The notes beneath the pieces were generated by a model. It was not told the DNA's origin. It was given only the letters and a program-made list of their open reading frames with translations, and did no database searches. 64,000 bases of DNA from a virus, in the IMG/VR virus record IMGVR_UViG_3300034071_001657; one strand, written 5' to 3'. This document shows positions 24,575 to 34,106 of this stretch, in pieces. Numbering within the stretch: the stretch's first letter is position 1; the number at the start of each line of letters is the position of its first letter. The position numbers were made by a program, and so were the translations under genes.

Positions 24575-25392
24575 CCATCAATGTGCATGAGGTTTGGTGC
24601 AGACTGTACAACGGCAGTCCTGTACAATTGCCACTTTTCAAAAGACTCATTATTGCCAGCCTGCGCTTCGTTTTTCAGAGTATTTACATAACCAAGTTTA
24701 TCTGCCGTTTCTAAGTCGATGTCATAGAGTGTATAGTCATATGGCATATGATACACATTAAAGTTATTCATTACAAGATATGTACTGAGCATTCGTTCAA
24801 TGATGAACGGAAACAAATTCAACGATCCGTCACGCACATAGTTTGCGCTACTTTCATACAATTCTTTTTCTTTTGGTGGCAAATTACTTAGTGCGTCTTT
24901 AATTTTAATCAGAAATAGTAAATATTCTTTCCAGAAATGATTTGATGCTACAATGTAATGGCTATAGACTGTTTCTTTGTCTGCCATAATTTCATTCACA
25001 TAGTTTTCTTGATATCCACAAATAAATAAAGCTTTCTTTGCGACCTGTGTGATACCTTTGTGATGAAATTCACCTTGTTCCCAAACATTTTTAGTCAACG
25101 ATCCTTGAACTCTGCAATGATTGAATAGGTATACATCGTGCCCTGGATTGTTTTCGATCTGAGAAATAATTTCAGAAGCATTCACTCGAATTTTTCTGCG
25201 CCATCTTGAACCAAACGCGCCCCAAAGGTCTACATCTTTTGTATGACCCTCATAGAAAATTCTCATGAGATTGTGATATTCTCTAAGTTCTGGTCTTTCG
25301 TTTTTTGTATTATCAAATGGCGTGAATAAATGATGAACTGTTCTTAGTTGTTCTTCATCAAAGCACACTTGAAAAATTTTAAATTTGTTCAA
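24571..25392 (-). CDS. hypothetical protein, possibly glycosyltransferase-related
   Basis: PFDN...ELREY, WEQGEFHH, FPFIIER; function inferred only. Confidence 0.5.
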   Translation of the reverse strand: MNKFKIFQVCFDEEQLRTVHHLFTPFDNTKNERPELREYHNLMRIFYEGHTKDVDLWGAFGSRWRRKIRVNASEIISQIENNPGHDVYLFNHCRVQGSLTKNVWEQGEFHHKGITQVAKKALFICGYQENYVNEIMADKETVYSHYIVASNHFWKEYLLFLIKIKDALSNLPPKEKELYESSANYVRDGSLNLFPFIIERMLSTYLVMNNFNVYHMPYDYTLYDIDLETADKLGYVNTLKNEAQAGNNESFEKWQLYRTAVVQSAPNLMHIDG

Positions 25393-26090
25393 TCTGAAAC
25401 TCCCACACCATTAGGTGCAATATTACCTTCAACGCCAATAGGGTCTGCTTCAACAATGATATTTGTATCAAGAACTGCATATAGGCAGTGCTCAATGTCA
25501 ATGTATCCTGTTTTCTGCCGCTCAAGCATCAATTCTAATATTTTCGAATATGCATCTCTTATGTAAGGTAACATAATCGAATCAAAACTCCACAATCTGG
25601 ACATGTATTGTGCTTCGACCCCGCCAGTAATATCTGACGGAAATTGACTTTTGAATGGACCACGAATTACAATTTTTTCTATTGCAGACTTATGGATGTC
25701 TAAGTTGAATTTAGAATTTAAACGATATCGACCACTAATCTTAAAAACTCTATCACAGTTAAATTGTTCGACCGATTCAAAATATGTTTTATACATTAAG
25801 ACTTCAATAACATTTTTTACAACATCATGATTATGAATTTGTTGAATTCTTTTTACATTTTCATCTTTAGCGTAAGAGATAACATCTTTGACGCCAAGTT
25901 CGTTATGAAATTGTTCTAGATGAATTTGACTTATTTCTCTCACACCTCCGTCTAGAATAATCATTTCGGCGCCAGGGCAATATGTTTGTATTGATTTGCA
26001 TGTTGCTGCGGTTTGAGCAAACCTCTCGCGCGGCGTGTATATTCCGTGTTTCGCATTGATTGCGGAACTAATCAAAAACAAATTTTTCAT
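25389..26090 (-). CDS. hypothetical protein, possibly GT-A glycosyltransferase-like
   Basis: ERFAQT, FKISGRY, YIDIEH motifs. Confidence 0.55.
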   Translation of the reverse strand: MKNLFLISSAINAKHGIYTPRERFAQTAATCKSIQTYCPGAEMIILDGGVREISQIHLEQFHNELGVKDVISYAKDENVKRIQQIHNHDVVKNVIEVLMYKTYFESVEQFNCDRVFKISGRYRLNSKFNLDIHKSAIEKIVIRGPFKSQFPSDITGGVEAQYMSRLWSFDSIMLPYIRDAYSKILELMLERQKTGYIDIEHCLYAVLDTNIIVEADPIGVEGNIAPNGVGVSD

Positions 26091-26096
26091 GATATA

Positions 26097-26756
26097 TTAA
26101 GCCCGCTTTTTGGTTGTTGCCCTAGTTGATTTTGTTTGTCTTGGTTTTTTCTGTGCCACAGGCTTAGAAGATTTTTCGCTTTCTTCTTTTTCCGCTTCTA
26201 TTTTAGATTTCAATCGATTCATGACCTCTTCGCCTTCCATCCAAAGGTCTTTGTTATTGAGGACAGATTCAATTTCCTCTTCTGTCAAGAATTTTTCGTA
26301 AATTTTTTGTACAATTTTTTCCGACCATTTTCTTTCGTTGATGAGTTGATCATACATCTCACCACCTTTACCAAAAGAGAATCCAGAATAATTGTGAATC
26401 ATGAATAGGCAGTGATCAGAGATTTCAAAGTTTTGTGCTGAGAGAAAAATCATCGTTGCCGCAGACATGCAGCAACCCTCTGCCGATGCAATCGTTGTTG
26501 CTTGAGTTTCAGATAAGGCGCGCAAAAATTGAATCGTGGTGAACAAATCGCCACCAGGAGAATTGATGTTAATTCTAACAACATCATTTTCATTTGCATT
26601 TCGTATGATATCGAAGCAGTCCAAATAGTTCTCTGCGGATCCAATTTCTCCGACAAGATAAATTGTGATCAAATTGCCGAGAGGCTTGACATCATAAATT
26701 TTGTTTGAATTTATAATCTCATCCAATTTCTTCAAGTCCGAATTTGTTTTATTCAT
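26097..26756 (-). CDS. clpP: ClpP-like serine protease
   Basis: ININSPGG, CMSAAT (catalytic Ser), FMIH, DLWM. Confidence 0.85.
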   Translation of the reverse strand: MNKTNSDLKKLDEIINSNKIYDVKPLGNLITIYLVGEIGSAENYLDCFDIIRNANENDVVRININSPGGDLFTTIQFLRALSETQATTIASAEGCCMSAATMIFLSAQNFEISDHCLFMIHNYSGFSFGKGGEMYDQLINERKWSEKIVQKIYEKFLTEEEIESVLNNKDLWMEGEEVMNRLKSKIEAEKEESEKSSKPVAQKKPRQTKSTRATTKKRA

Positions 26757-26763
26757 ATATCAC

Positions 26764-27318
26764 CTATGATTTATTTATTACTTGTTGATATCCAAACTTA
26801 CATATCCAATATGCATCAATGATATCTGAGGATGGATTCCACTGCTTCTCTGTCATACTTAGTCTACTTTTTAGATCAATTTGAGTTTCTTCTATAAAAA
26901 ACTCCTGCATTTTTTCCTTGTTAGCGTTACCTTTGCCAGTGGCAAACTTTTTGATCACCGTGGGAGGAACAGTTTCGTATTCCAATCCAAAGTTCCACAT
27001 TCTATACTTTAGAATACCTGTGTTCTCTGCTATGTTGAATACTCGACCTTTAGATCCGAGGGAATAGTTTTCTAGGAAGACTTTTGAAACTTCACGCTCT
27101 AGCATTCTATCAAGAAAAAAAGAAGAAATCAAGTCGAATCTTTGAATTTCCGTAGGGTATTCGAAATAACTTCCTACGATATTATCAACTATTACATCAT
27201 ATTTTTTTGTTTCCGTCAAAAAGAAAAAGGAGCAATTGTCATATTTCCATTCTTTTTCAGTATCAAATATGCATATTGCTGGTGATGTCATCGAGTAGTC
27301 AATGCCAGCAATAATCAT
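26764..27318 (-). CDS. RuvC-like (RNase H fold) nuclease/resolvase
   Basis: AGIDYS, FLENY, IAENTGILKY, PTVIKKFATGKGNA.K, DIIDAY. Confidence 0.8.
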   Translation of the reverse strand: MIIAGIDYSMTSPAICIFDTEKEWKYDNCSFFFLTETKKYDVIVDNIVGSYFEYPTEIQRFDLISSFFLDRMLEREVSKVFLENYSLGSKGRVFNIAENTGILKYRMWNFGLEYETVPPTVIKKFATGKGNANKEKMQEFFIEETQIDLKSRLSMTEKQWNPSSDIIDAYWICKFGYQQVINKS

Positions 27319-27533
27319 CTCCAGTCATCTCGCCAATCTTCAGTAAAAAGATCGTCATCGGATTCATTCCAATCATCTTTTATTTTATCTGATTCCTCTT
27401 CCGCAATTGATGATGGGTCGATTTCCGCCCCACAGCATGTACAAAATTTGGGTTGTCTTTTTTGGCCATCGAAAAATATATCTAATGAATAGTCGGCACC
27501 ACAAGATTCACAAAAAATATGAAAAATTGACAT
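27315..27533 (-). CDS. zinc-ribbon protein with acidic tail
   Basis: CESC...CTCC. Confidence 0.7.
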   Translation of the reverse strand: MSIFHIFCESCGADYSLDIFFDGQKRQPKFCTCCGAEIDPSSIAEEESDKIKDDWNESDDDLFTEDWRDDWR

Positions 27534-27575
27534 ATAACTCTCCCATAAATGAAAATGTCAATGTTATATATCCGA

Positions 27576-27704
27576 TTAGGAAATCATTGCTTTAATTGCA
27601 CCCACTAAACCGTATATCATGAGCATAAAGAATTCAATTACAATTACGGTAAGAGCACCCAATAATGCTCCAACGATAAAATCATCATTTATTTTTTTCA
27701 CCAT
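27576..27704 (-). CDS. small membrane protein (42 aa)
   Basis: MVKKINDDFIVGALLGALTVIVIEFFMLMIYGLVG. Confidence 0.45.
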   Translation of the reverse strand: MVKKINDDFIVGALLGALTVIVIEFFMLMIYGLVGAIKAMIS

Positions 27705-28216
27705 TTACCTGCCTCACGTCCGAAATCAAAAATCCAAGCAAAGAATTTTATCGCTACAGTAAGAGTTATAATTAACATTGTTCCCCAAAAAACATTTTCT
27801 ATAAATCGCTTTCTTCTTCTCGCTTGATCACGAATCATTCTCTCTCTACGCTCACGTATTTCTCGGCGCAGTTGAATGAACTGACTGTATCCTTCGGCAC
27901 CCAAATGCTGCAATTCTCCATAGTAAAACATATTATATATTTCTGCATCCATTTCTCTAAGCTTTTGTTGTGCTATGATAATATCAAAGGCTTCGGCTGT
28001 TTCGCTTTTTCCAAATCCAATTTTCTCAAAAATGCCATGCTTTTGTTCGCCAGTATCACTTTTTCTATCATTAATTAACTGTTGTAGTTGTCCAGCAGCA
28101 TCGGCCCACTTAGAAAGCTGTTTATAAACACCTTCCACTTCCTGCCCAACCTTAACCGCAGCCTTAAGACCATTAAAGGCTGCGGTAACAGTCCCCATTA
28201 GTGTTATTGGATCCAT
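27698..28216 (-). CDS. membrane-anchored coiled-coil protein
   Basis: MDPITL amphipathic start, C-terminal TM. Confidence 0.7.
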   Translation of the reverse strand: MDPITLMGTVTAAFNGLKAAVKVGQEVEGVYKQLSKWADAAGQLQQLINDRKSDTGEQKHGIFEKIGFGKSETAEAFDIIIAQQKLREMDAEIYNMFYYGELQHLGAEGYSQFIQLRREIRERRERMIRDQARRRKRFIENVFWGTMLIITLTVAIKFFAWIFDFGREAGKW

Positions 28217-28848
28217 TAATTCGCCAAAGGATTGTCTAACGCTTTCTTAATTTTATCATCCACTTCACGGCGAATAGTTCTAAGTTCAGCATTTGTTTCA
28301 CGCTCAATACGATTGACACGCTCATTAACATTCTGCACGGTAGAATCTACTTGTTTCTGCATTTCTCTCACTTGTGAATCAGCACTGCGGCGAATCTCTT
28401 TTATTTCACTATCAATTTGTCTACGGATATCATTAATGTCTTTTTCGACTTCACGTTGAGCAACTTTTGAACCACGTTCAACGCCTTCTAAAACTTGTTC
28501 GGTTCGACGAATATCGCCTTTGAGATTCGTGTTCACATCACGGGTGTATCCCAACATCTTTTCGTTATCTGCTTCCAATTTTATAATTCTTGCTTCATAC
28601 TCACTGAAATCTGGTGCAACATAATTTGCAATTTTCTTCTTCATGCCCTCATAATCTTTATACGCCTCGAAGACACCATACATGCCTCCAATCACAGAAG
28701 AAACAATACCAAATGCGATCATCAATTTAGCGGGTGTAAAGCTGTATCCGCCGATGCTGATGACAGTATCTTTACTTGCATACTTCTTCATTGCATCTTG
28801 AAGTTCATCGACTTTTTTATCTACATTCTTATCTTCTGTACTGCTCAT
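28216..28848 (-). CDS. single-TM long coiled-coil protein
   Basis: TM then 11-mer amphipathic repeats, ends ALDNPL. Confidence 0.7.
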   Translation of the reverse strand: MSSTEDKNVDKKVDELQDAMKKYASKDTVISIGGYSFTPAKLMIAFGIVSSVIGGMYGVFEAYKDYEGMKKKIANYVAPDFSEYEARIIKLEADNEKMLGYTRDVNTNLKGDIRRTEQVLEGVERGSKVAQREVEKDINDIRRQIDSEIKEIRRSADSQVREMQKQVDSTVQNVNERVNRIERETNAELRTIRREVDDKIKKALDNPLAN

Positions 28849-30652
28849 CTACCATCTCCTTATGGATTCTATCCGATCTTTGATTTAATTGTCTCAATGC
28901 CCTCGCATTGTCTACAATAGTTACTCTCTTATAAATATCTTCTGCTTTGTAAAAAGGCATGTCAGGTAATTTTGCCTGTTCATAAGCACTAAAACCAGGA
29001 ACAGTCGATAATGAAGCCATCACATCATCTTGCGGGTCCTTTTGAGCGTTTCTTTGGGAAGCTTGTTGACTTCTTTGTTGAGCGGCCGCGCGCCTTTGTT
29101 GTTGTTGCGTTTGTGTTGTTTGTGGTTGGAGGGATTGTGGCGAAGCATTACGACTTGTTATACCAGTTCCTAGTTGCTGCGATTGTTGATTAGAACTGAG
29201 GGCCTGATTTACAATAGGATCACTTGTCACTTGCGGTGTAGTTAATAACTTAGCAGCATCTTCATTACCCACCGAAGGCACAGGAAGTGATGTTGTTGTA
29301 GTTACTGTGGTAATTTGCTGTGCAGTGGTATAACCTGGGCACTGTGGATTGCTTTGTGGGTTAGCAGAACATGCATCAGCAATTTGTTTCTTTCTAAAAG
29401 CGTCTGCATAACCTGGGCAACCAGAATTGTATAAAGGGTTTGCCATGCATTGCTGATTGAAAAATGCCTGTTGGTACAGTGGGCAAGATGTAGAAAAAAG
29501 GGGATTAGAAGTACACTGTTGGTTTAAATATGCTGATTCATAAAGTGGACATGATGTACTCGAAAGCGGATTTTCATTGCAGGTCTTATCAAACAAAGCC
29601 TTAGCATATCCTGGGCATTGTGAAGAAAATAACTGATTCAAATTACACTGTTGTGTTTGATAGGCAGAAGCATATCCTGGGCATTGTGGAGAAAATAGTT
29701 GATTCAAATTACACTGTTGTGTTTGATAGGCAGAAGCATATCCTGGGCAACTCGAATTGTATAGAGGATTGATTGTGCATTGCTGATTGAAATACGCCTG
29801 TTGATATTGTGGGCATTGTGGAGAAAATAACTGATTCAAACTACATTGTTGTGCTTGATAAGCAGCAGCATAGCCTGGGCAATTCGATCCAAATAGGGGA
29901 TTTGTTGAACATTGTTGATTGAACCATGCTTGTTGCCATCCTGGGCAAGACTGACTGTATAATGGGCTAATTGCACATTGTTGCTGTAGAAATGCTTGTT
30001 GATAACCTTCGCATGTGGGTGATGCAAGGGGATTAGCACCGCAAGGATCAACAGAATATCTTAAACGAACATCTATATCTCTTATTTCTGGGCCGTAATA
30101 GCCCCTCCATTGTCCATCATCTCGACTTGAAATATCTATTGAGACATTTCCTACAGATGCCAAACTATACTTATTAGTAAAATCTTCAGTTCCTGTAAAT
30201 CGCGTCCAATCGTTGATACGCCTACCATAATCAAAAGTTTTATTTTCTATGATATTGATATTCGTACTATCATAAAGAGATACACGAATACTTAACGGAT
30301 CAAAAGATGGGTTTTGATTTGATCCTGCATTTGCATTTTTAATAGTCCAGCCGTATTGATAACCACGAATCTGAATACCTGTTCCCGATAGTGCTTGATT
30401 GACTGCTACGTTTTGATATAAAATTGAGCCACCATAGCTAAAAAGTATGGCTCCGTCTGCGGACCTTTGAACTGGGCAAGGTCCTCCTGTTGTACCACCC
30501 CAAATCATTCCGTTATGCTGAGTTAAACATCCCTGCCAACCTGTTTGGTTGATTATGTTTGAGGATGTTTGTATATCCTGAGCGTTACAGAAGAAGGAGA
30601 AGAACAGCCAAGACGCCAAGCCCAGCAGAAACTTTTTGCCAGAAACTTGCAT
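28829..30652 (-). CDS. secreted protein with 11 tandem 22-aa Cys-x9-Cys repeats
   Basis: signal peptide; QQCxxNPLxSxxCPGYxxA repeats. Confidence 0.8.
   Translation of the reverse strand: MQVSGKKFLLGLASWLFFSFFCNAQDIQTSSNIINQTGWQGCLTQHNGMIWGGTTGGPCPVQRSADGAILFSYGGSILYQNVAVNQALSGTGIQIRGYQYGWTIKNANAGSNQNPSFDPLSIRVSLYDSTNINIIENKTFDYGRRINDWTRFTGTEDFTNKYSLASVGNVSIDISSRDDGQWRGYYGPEIRDIDVRLRYSVDPCGANPLASPTCEGYQQAFLQQQCAISPLYSQSCPGWQQAWFNQQCSTNPLFGSNCPGYAAAYQAQQCSLNQLFSPQCPQYQQAYFNQQCTINPLYNSSCPGYASAYQTQQCNLNQLFSPQCPGYASAYQTQQCNLNQLFSSQCPGYAKALFDKTCNENPLSSTSCPLYESAYLNQQCTSNPLFSTSCPLYQQAFFNQQCMANPLYNSGCPGYADAFRKKQIADACSANPQSNPQCPGYTTAQQITTVTTTTSLPVPSVGNEDAAKLLTTPQVTSDPIVNQALSSNQQSQQLGTGITSRNASPQSLQPQTTQTQQQQRRAAAQQRSQQASQRNAQKDPQDDVMASLSTVPGFSAYEQAKLPDMPFYKAEDIYKRVTIVDNARALRQLNQRSDRIHKEMVDEQYRR
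29328..30050 (-). repeat. 66-bp coding tandem repeat array
   Basis: near-identical 66-bp units around 29605-29736. Confidence 0.85.
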
Positions 30653-31133
30653 TCGAATTCTCGCTTATAGGTTTAGGTTTACGATCTGGAGATGAATCCC
30701 AAATTCTCTTAGCATCCTCACCTATTCTACCATCGACTGGGCATGGGGTTCCAGCGTTCATCATGGCATCAAAAACTCGATCATCTTGACATAAAGTAGC
30801 CACGGCGGCCACTTTCATACCCATATCATATAGATTCTTTGCGAGTTTCAATCTTTCGCAATTCAAATCACGAACCATTGTACCGCCAGAGATACCTAGG
30901 ATTTGAGTTTGTACTGCCCCACCCACTCCTACAGTGCATAAGTCATTATTCAAAACATTAAAAGACGGAGAGATTGCCGAAGCAGGAGGCGATCTCACCG
31001 TCGTGTCATTTACGCTATTGGAATTTGTTGTTACTGTGCTAGTGCTTTTAGAATCCGTGACTATCACATCAGATTGTGCTACTGCTAACGAAGACATAAC
31101 AAAAAGTAGCACAAATGCTAGCTTTTTTGTCAT
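30585..31133 (-). CDS. secreted/C-terminally anchored 4-Cys protein
   Basis: signal peptide, PPASAISP, DLNCERLKL, AGTPCP, C-terminal TM. Confidence 0.75.
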   Translation of the reverse strand: MTKKLAFVLLFVMSSLAVAQSDVIVTDSKSTSTVTTNSNSVNDTTVRSPPASAISPSFNVLNNDLCTVGVGGAVQTQILGISGGTMVRDLNCERLKLAKNLYDMGMKVAAVATLCQDDRVFDAMMNAGTPCPVDGRIGEDAKRIWDSSPDRKPKPISENSNASFWQKVSAGLGVLAVLLLLL

Positions 31134-31166
31134 GTTTTTTCCTTTTTCTACGACATACGTACTTAT

Positions 31167-31361
31167 TTATCCTCGTTTACTGACGATCCAATCATCTTCA
31201 CCGAGAAATTTTGGGCAAGAATTGAGTTGTTTCTCAGTTTCCCATAAAATTTTGTACAATTCTTGCTTTGCTGAATATTGAGTAAAGGAATCCATGTTAG
31301 GATCCCTTATATACATACCATAATCTTGAATTTTTTCAATCATACTTTCACTCGCTTTCAT
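31167..31361 (-). CDS. hypothetical protein
   Basis: DPNMDSFTQ...KQELY. Confidence 0.6.
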   Translation of the reverse strand: MKASESMIEKIQDYGMYIRDPNMDSFTQYSAKQELYKILWETEKQLNSCPKFLGEDDWIVSKRG

Positions 31362-31758
31362 CTCCCCTCCATTCTTTTCCAGTTTCGTCTGTTAGTTTAA
31401 GGGGTCCAGAATAGTATGTATCCATGTAATGAAGTGTCCATCCATTTTCTTCAAGTTCTGAATGATCCATATATTGAATCTGCTCTTTTTCTTCTTCGGT
31501 CAATTCATCGCAAAAGTTATTAAACGACCAGCAGCCGTCATCGGCATTCATATCAGGATATTCTAAGTCTTCTGTGACATTAAAACCATGTTCATTTTTC
31601 AAATCGATATCGGGAAATTCCTCAGACTCGAATGATGCAGAACCCCAGCGCCAACCGTATTCTCGTTCAAACCAAAGTTTTCTCTCACCATCTTCTTTAA
31701 ACCAATTCTCAATATCAGTAACGGATTTTTTCCAAATAGGTTCTAACGTATATCTCAT
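31348..31758 (-). CDS. acidic hypothetical protein
   Basis: ATGA overlap with nrdB. Confidence 0.6.
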   Translation of the reverse strand: MRYTLEPIWKKSVTDIENWFKEDGERKLWFEREYGWRWGSASFESEEFPDIDLKNEHGFNVTEDLEYPDMNADDGCWSFNNFCDELTEEEKEQIQYMDHSELEENGWTLHYMDTYYSGPLKLTDETGKEWRGDESE

Positions 31759-32750
31759 GCTGCTTTCCCCCAAACATCTTCCCACCTCCCACTCAATGCA
31801 CCTTTTGCATAATCGGTGGCTCGATTTTCAAAAAAGTTAGTGTGTGTTGGCGCATTAATCATTTCCTCAACCCAAGGCAAAGGATTCTTCTTTACTTTCA
31901 TTATACCCTTGAGACCAAGACTAATAAGACGGCGATCAGTAATATAACGAATGTAACGCTTAACGTCATCAGCAGATAAATTATGCATATCGCCCATGCC
32001 GAATGATAAATCAATAAAACGATCTTCGAGTTCAACCATTCTTGTTGCAACAGTGTAGATTTGAGACTTGAGATCATCATTCCAAATTTCACGATTTTCC
32101 TCTATGTAAGTTCTAAACAATTTAATCATTGACTCGGCATGCATTGTTTCATCAACAATTGACCAAGTTACAATCTGACCCATACCCTTCATCTTTCCGT
32201 GTCGCGGAAAGTTTAACAACATAATAAATGAACTAAACAATTGCATGCCCTCAGTAAATGCAGAGAATAACGCTATATTCTTCGCAACAGATGCAGTGTT
32301 TACAAGCCCATTAGACCCATTCATAATATAATCATGTTTGTCTCGCATTTCTTGATATTCAAGAAACTGATTATATGTTGTCTCAGGTAAACCCAGTGTC
32401 TCAATCAAATGACTGTACGCGGCAATGTGCAATGCTTCTCTGGCTGCAAAGCCAGACAACATCATACGAATTTCAGGCTGAGGAAAATGAGGTAAGTAAT
32501 TACGGACGTAACCGCCAGCAACGTCAATATCTCCCTGCGTAAAAAATCTAAAAATATTGATAAGAAATTCTTTTTCATTTTGAGTAAGTTTGTTTTTCCA
32601 ATCTTTAACGTCTTCAATCATTGGCACTTCGGTATGTAGCCAATGGCTCTGTTCGTGTTTAAGCCAAGCTTCATAGGCCCATGGATATGTGAATGGCTTA
32701 AAATAATTTCTTTCATCTGTTAATTTGTATTGAGTTTTCTTAGCTGACAT
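31755..32750 (-). CDS. nrdB: ribonucleotide reductase class I beta subunit
   Basis: FFTQGD, EALH..AY, EGMQLFSSF, DETMH, NFFE. Confidence 0.97.
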   Translation of the reverse strand: MSAKKTQYKLTDERNYFKPFTYPWAYEAWLKHEQSHWLHTEVPMIEDVKDWKNKLTQNEKEFLINIFRFFTQGDIDVAGGYVRNYLPHFPQPEIRMMLSGFAAREALHIAAYSHLIETLGLPETTYNQFLEYQEMRDKHDYIMNGSNGLVNTASVAKNIALFSAFTEGMQLFSSFIMLLNFPRHGKMKGMGQIVTWSIVDETMHAESMIKLFRTYIEENREIWNDDLKSQIYTVATRMVELEDRFIDLSFGMGDMHNLSADDVKRYIRYITDRRLISLGLKGIMKVKKNPLPWVEEMINAPTHTNFFENRATDYAKGALSGRWEDVWGKAA

Positions 32751-33016
32751 TTAATTTCCTCTGATGTAACTATTTCTATTCTTTTTTTAAGAAAGATTTT
32801 ATTTAGTTCTTGTAGTAAACCATCAAGTGTTTTCGACTGTACAATGAATTCTTCTTTTGGTTCAGTGTGCCACGCATAGTATAAACCTTTTATTTCTTCA
32901 AGAAAAATTTTAACACTTTCTGGCTTCTGTTCCACTTCTTCAACTTCCTCATCACGTGATGCAAGTATTCTGTTTGTCATCAACATAATAATGATAGTCA
33001 TAATGAATTCTAACAT
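32720..33016 (-). CDS. hypothetical protein
   Basis: ORF with GAGG SD. Confidence 0.55.
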   Translation of the reverse strand: MLEFIMTIIIMLMTNRILASRDEEVEEVEQKPESVKIFLEEIKGLYYAWHTEPKEEFIVQSKTLDGLLQELNKIFLKKRIEIVTSEEIKCQLRKLNTN

Positions 33017-33025
33017 AAAAGCCTC

Positions 33026-33457
33026 TTAACACCAACTTTGTTTAGCGTCACCGAAATATTCTCTGGCAAAGCCGTTCTGAATCAGTAAGGCACGGAGACT
33101 TTGACCATTCAGTAAGATATCACCCAATACACGACCACCGAATTTATCCCATCCGTAAAGTACGACCTGTCTCTGCTGACTTTGATTGATAGCCTTCTTG
33201 GTGAACTCTGTGGCTGCCAATCCACGTTGTTTTTCTGATTCGCATTTGGCGAGGTGATTCTTTTCTGGAGTATCGACGCCGAAGACTCTAACTGCCAATT
33301 CTGGTTTAAGAGGCGCAGGTAGAAAAGGAGCAGAAATGACAACGGTATCGCCATCATTGACTCGAATAATCTGAGCGTCATAAATTACACCTTGTGGTGT
33401 TTTTTGCGCCCAGACTATAGCTGGAATTAGAAGCAAAGCAAAAATAAGTTTTTTCAT
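33026..33457 (-). CDS. secreted thermonuclease (SNase-like)
   Basis: signal peptide, DGDT, VRVFGVDTPE, DKFGGRVLG. Confidence 0.9.
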   Translation of the reverse strand: MKKLIFALLLIPAIVWAQKTPQGVIYDAQIIRVNDGDTVVISAPFLPAPLKPELAVRVFGVDTPEKNHLAKCESEKQRGLAATEFTKKAINQSQQRQVVLYGWDKFGGRVLGDILLNGQSLRALLIQNGFAREYFGDAKQSWC

Positions 33458-33467
33458 ATTGATTTCC

Positions 33468-34103
33468 TTAACTGTAATTGAAATTATTTGTAGCACCTAG
33501 ATGCCATTTAGGATTTGTTTCTACCCTATAAATCTTTGTGCAGACTTTGAAATCTGGAAATTTCAAAGGTTCTGGATTCGATGCTGCATCTAAAAAGATT
33601 GTTCTATTGTTAGGTTGCGCAGCGAACTGTCCATTGTCTAACATAATGAAATTGAATGACTTATGATCTTCAGGCCACTCAGAATATGTAGTGTCAATAA
33701 CATTTGAATCTGCGGAATAATTATCGACGGTAAATAGATATTCTCCACTGTACCAATTCTTGTCTTTACCATAAAACTTAGCAGTCAAGTTCGCAAGAAA
33801 AGATTTCTTGACTACTGTTATATCATGACTAAAGCAATCCCAAATCTGAAGAGTGTCTAGAGGAAGAAAGTCATCTTGAATTAAATTCTCATCTCTAGAA
33901 ACATATGCATGCAACGGAAGCTTATCATACAATGCGCCATAGTTAGGTAGATATGATTCAATACGAAATGCTTGGCCTCGAATAGATTTTATTGAAACCC
34001 AAATGCAAGGTTCATACTCGCCAAAACCTTTTTCAAAATCGTACAGAAATTCTTTTCTAATGAAGCAATGTAGTGGTGGCAAGTTTGCTATTAGTTGTGC
34101 CAT
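33468..34103 (-). CDS. conserved hypothetical protein
   Basis: GALYDKLPL, LQIWDCFS, YLFTVD, LDNGQFAAQPNNR. Confidence 0.75.
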   Translation of the reverse strand: MAQLIANLPPLHCFIRKEFLYDFEKGFGEYEPCIWVSIKSIRGQAFRIESYLPNYGALYDKLPLHAYVSRDENLIQDDFLPLDTLQIWDCFSHDITVVKKSFLANLTAKFYGKDKNWYSGEYLFTVDNYSADSNVIDTTYSEWPEDHKSFNFIMLDNGQFAAQPNNRTIFLDAASNPEPLKFPDFKVCTKIYRVETNPKWHLGATNNFNYS

Positions 34104-34106
34104 TTA

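Noticed and set aside
26764-27318. RNA-guided nuclease (TnpB/Cas12/Tas) from the RuvC-like protein
   Set aside because: Only 184 aa, a contiguous RuvC fold with no RNA-binding domains and no adjacent array.
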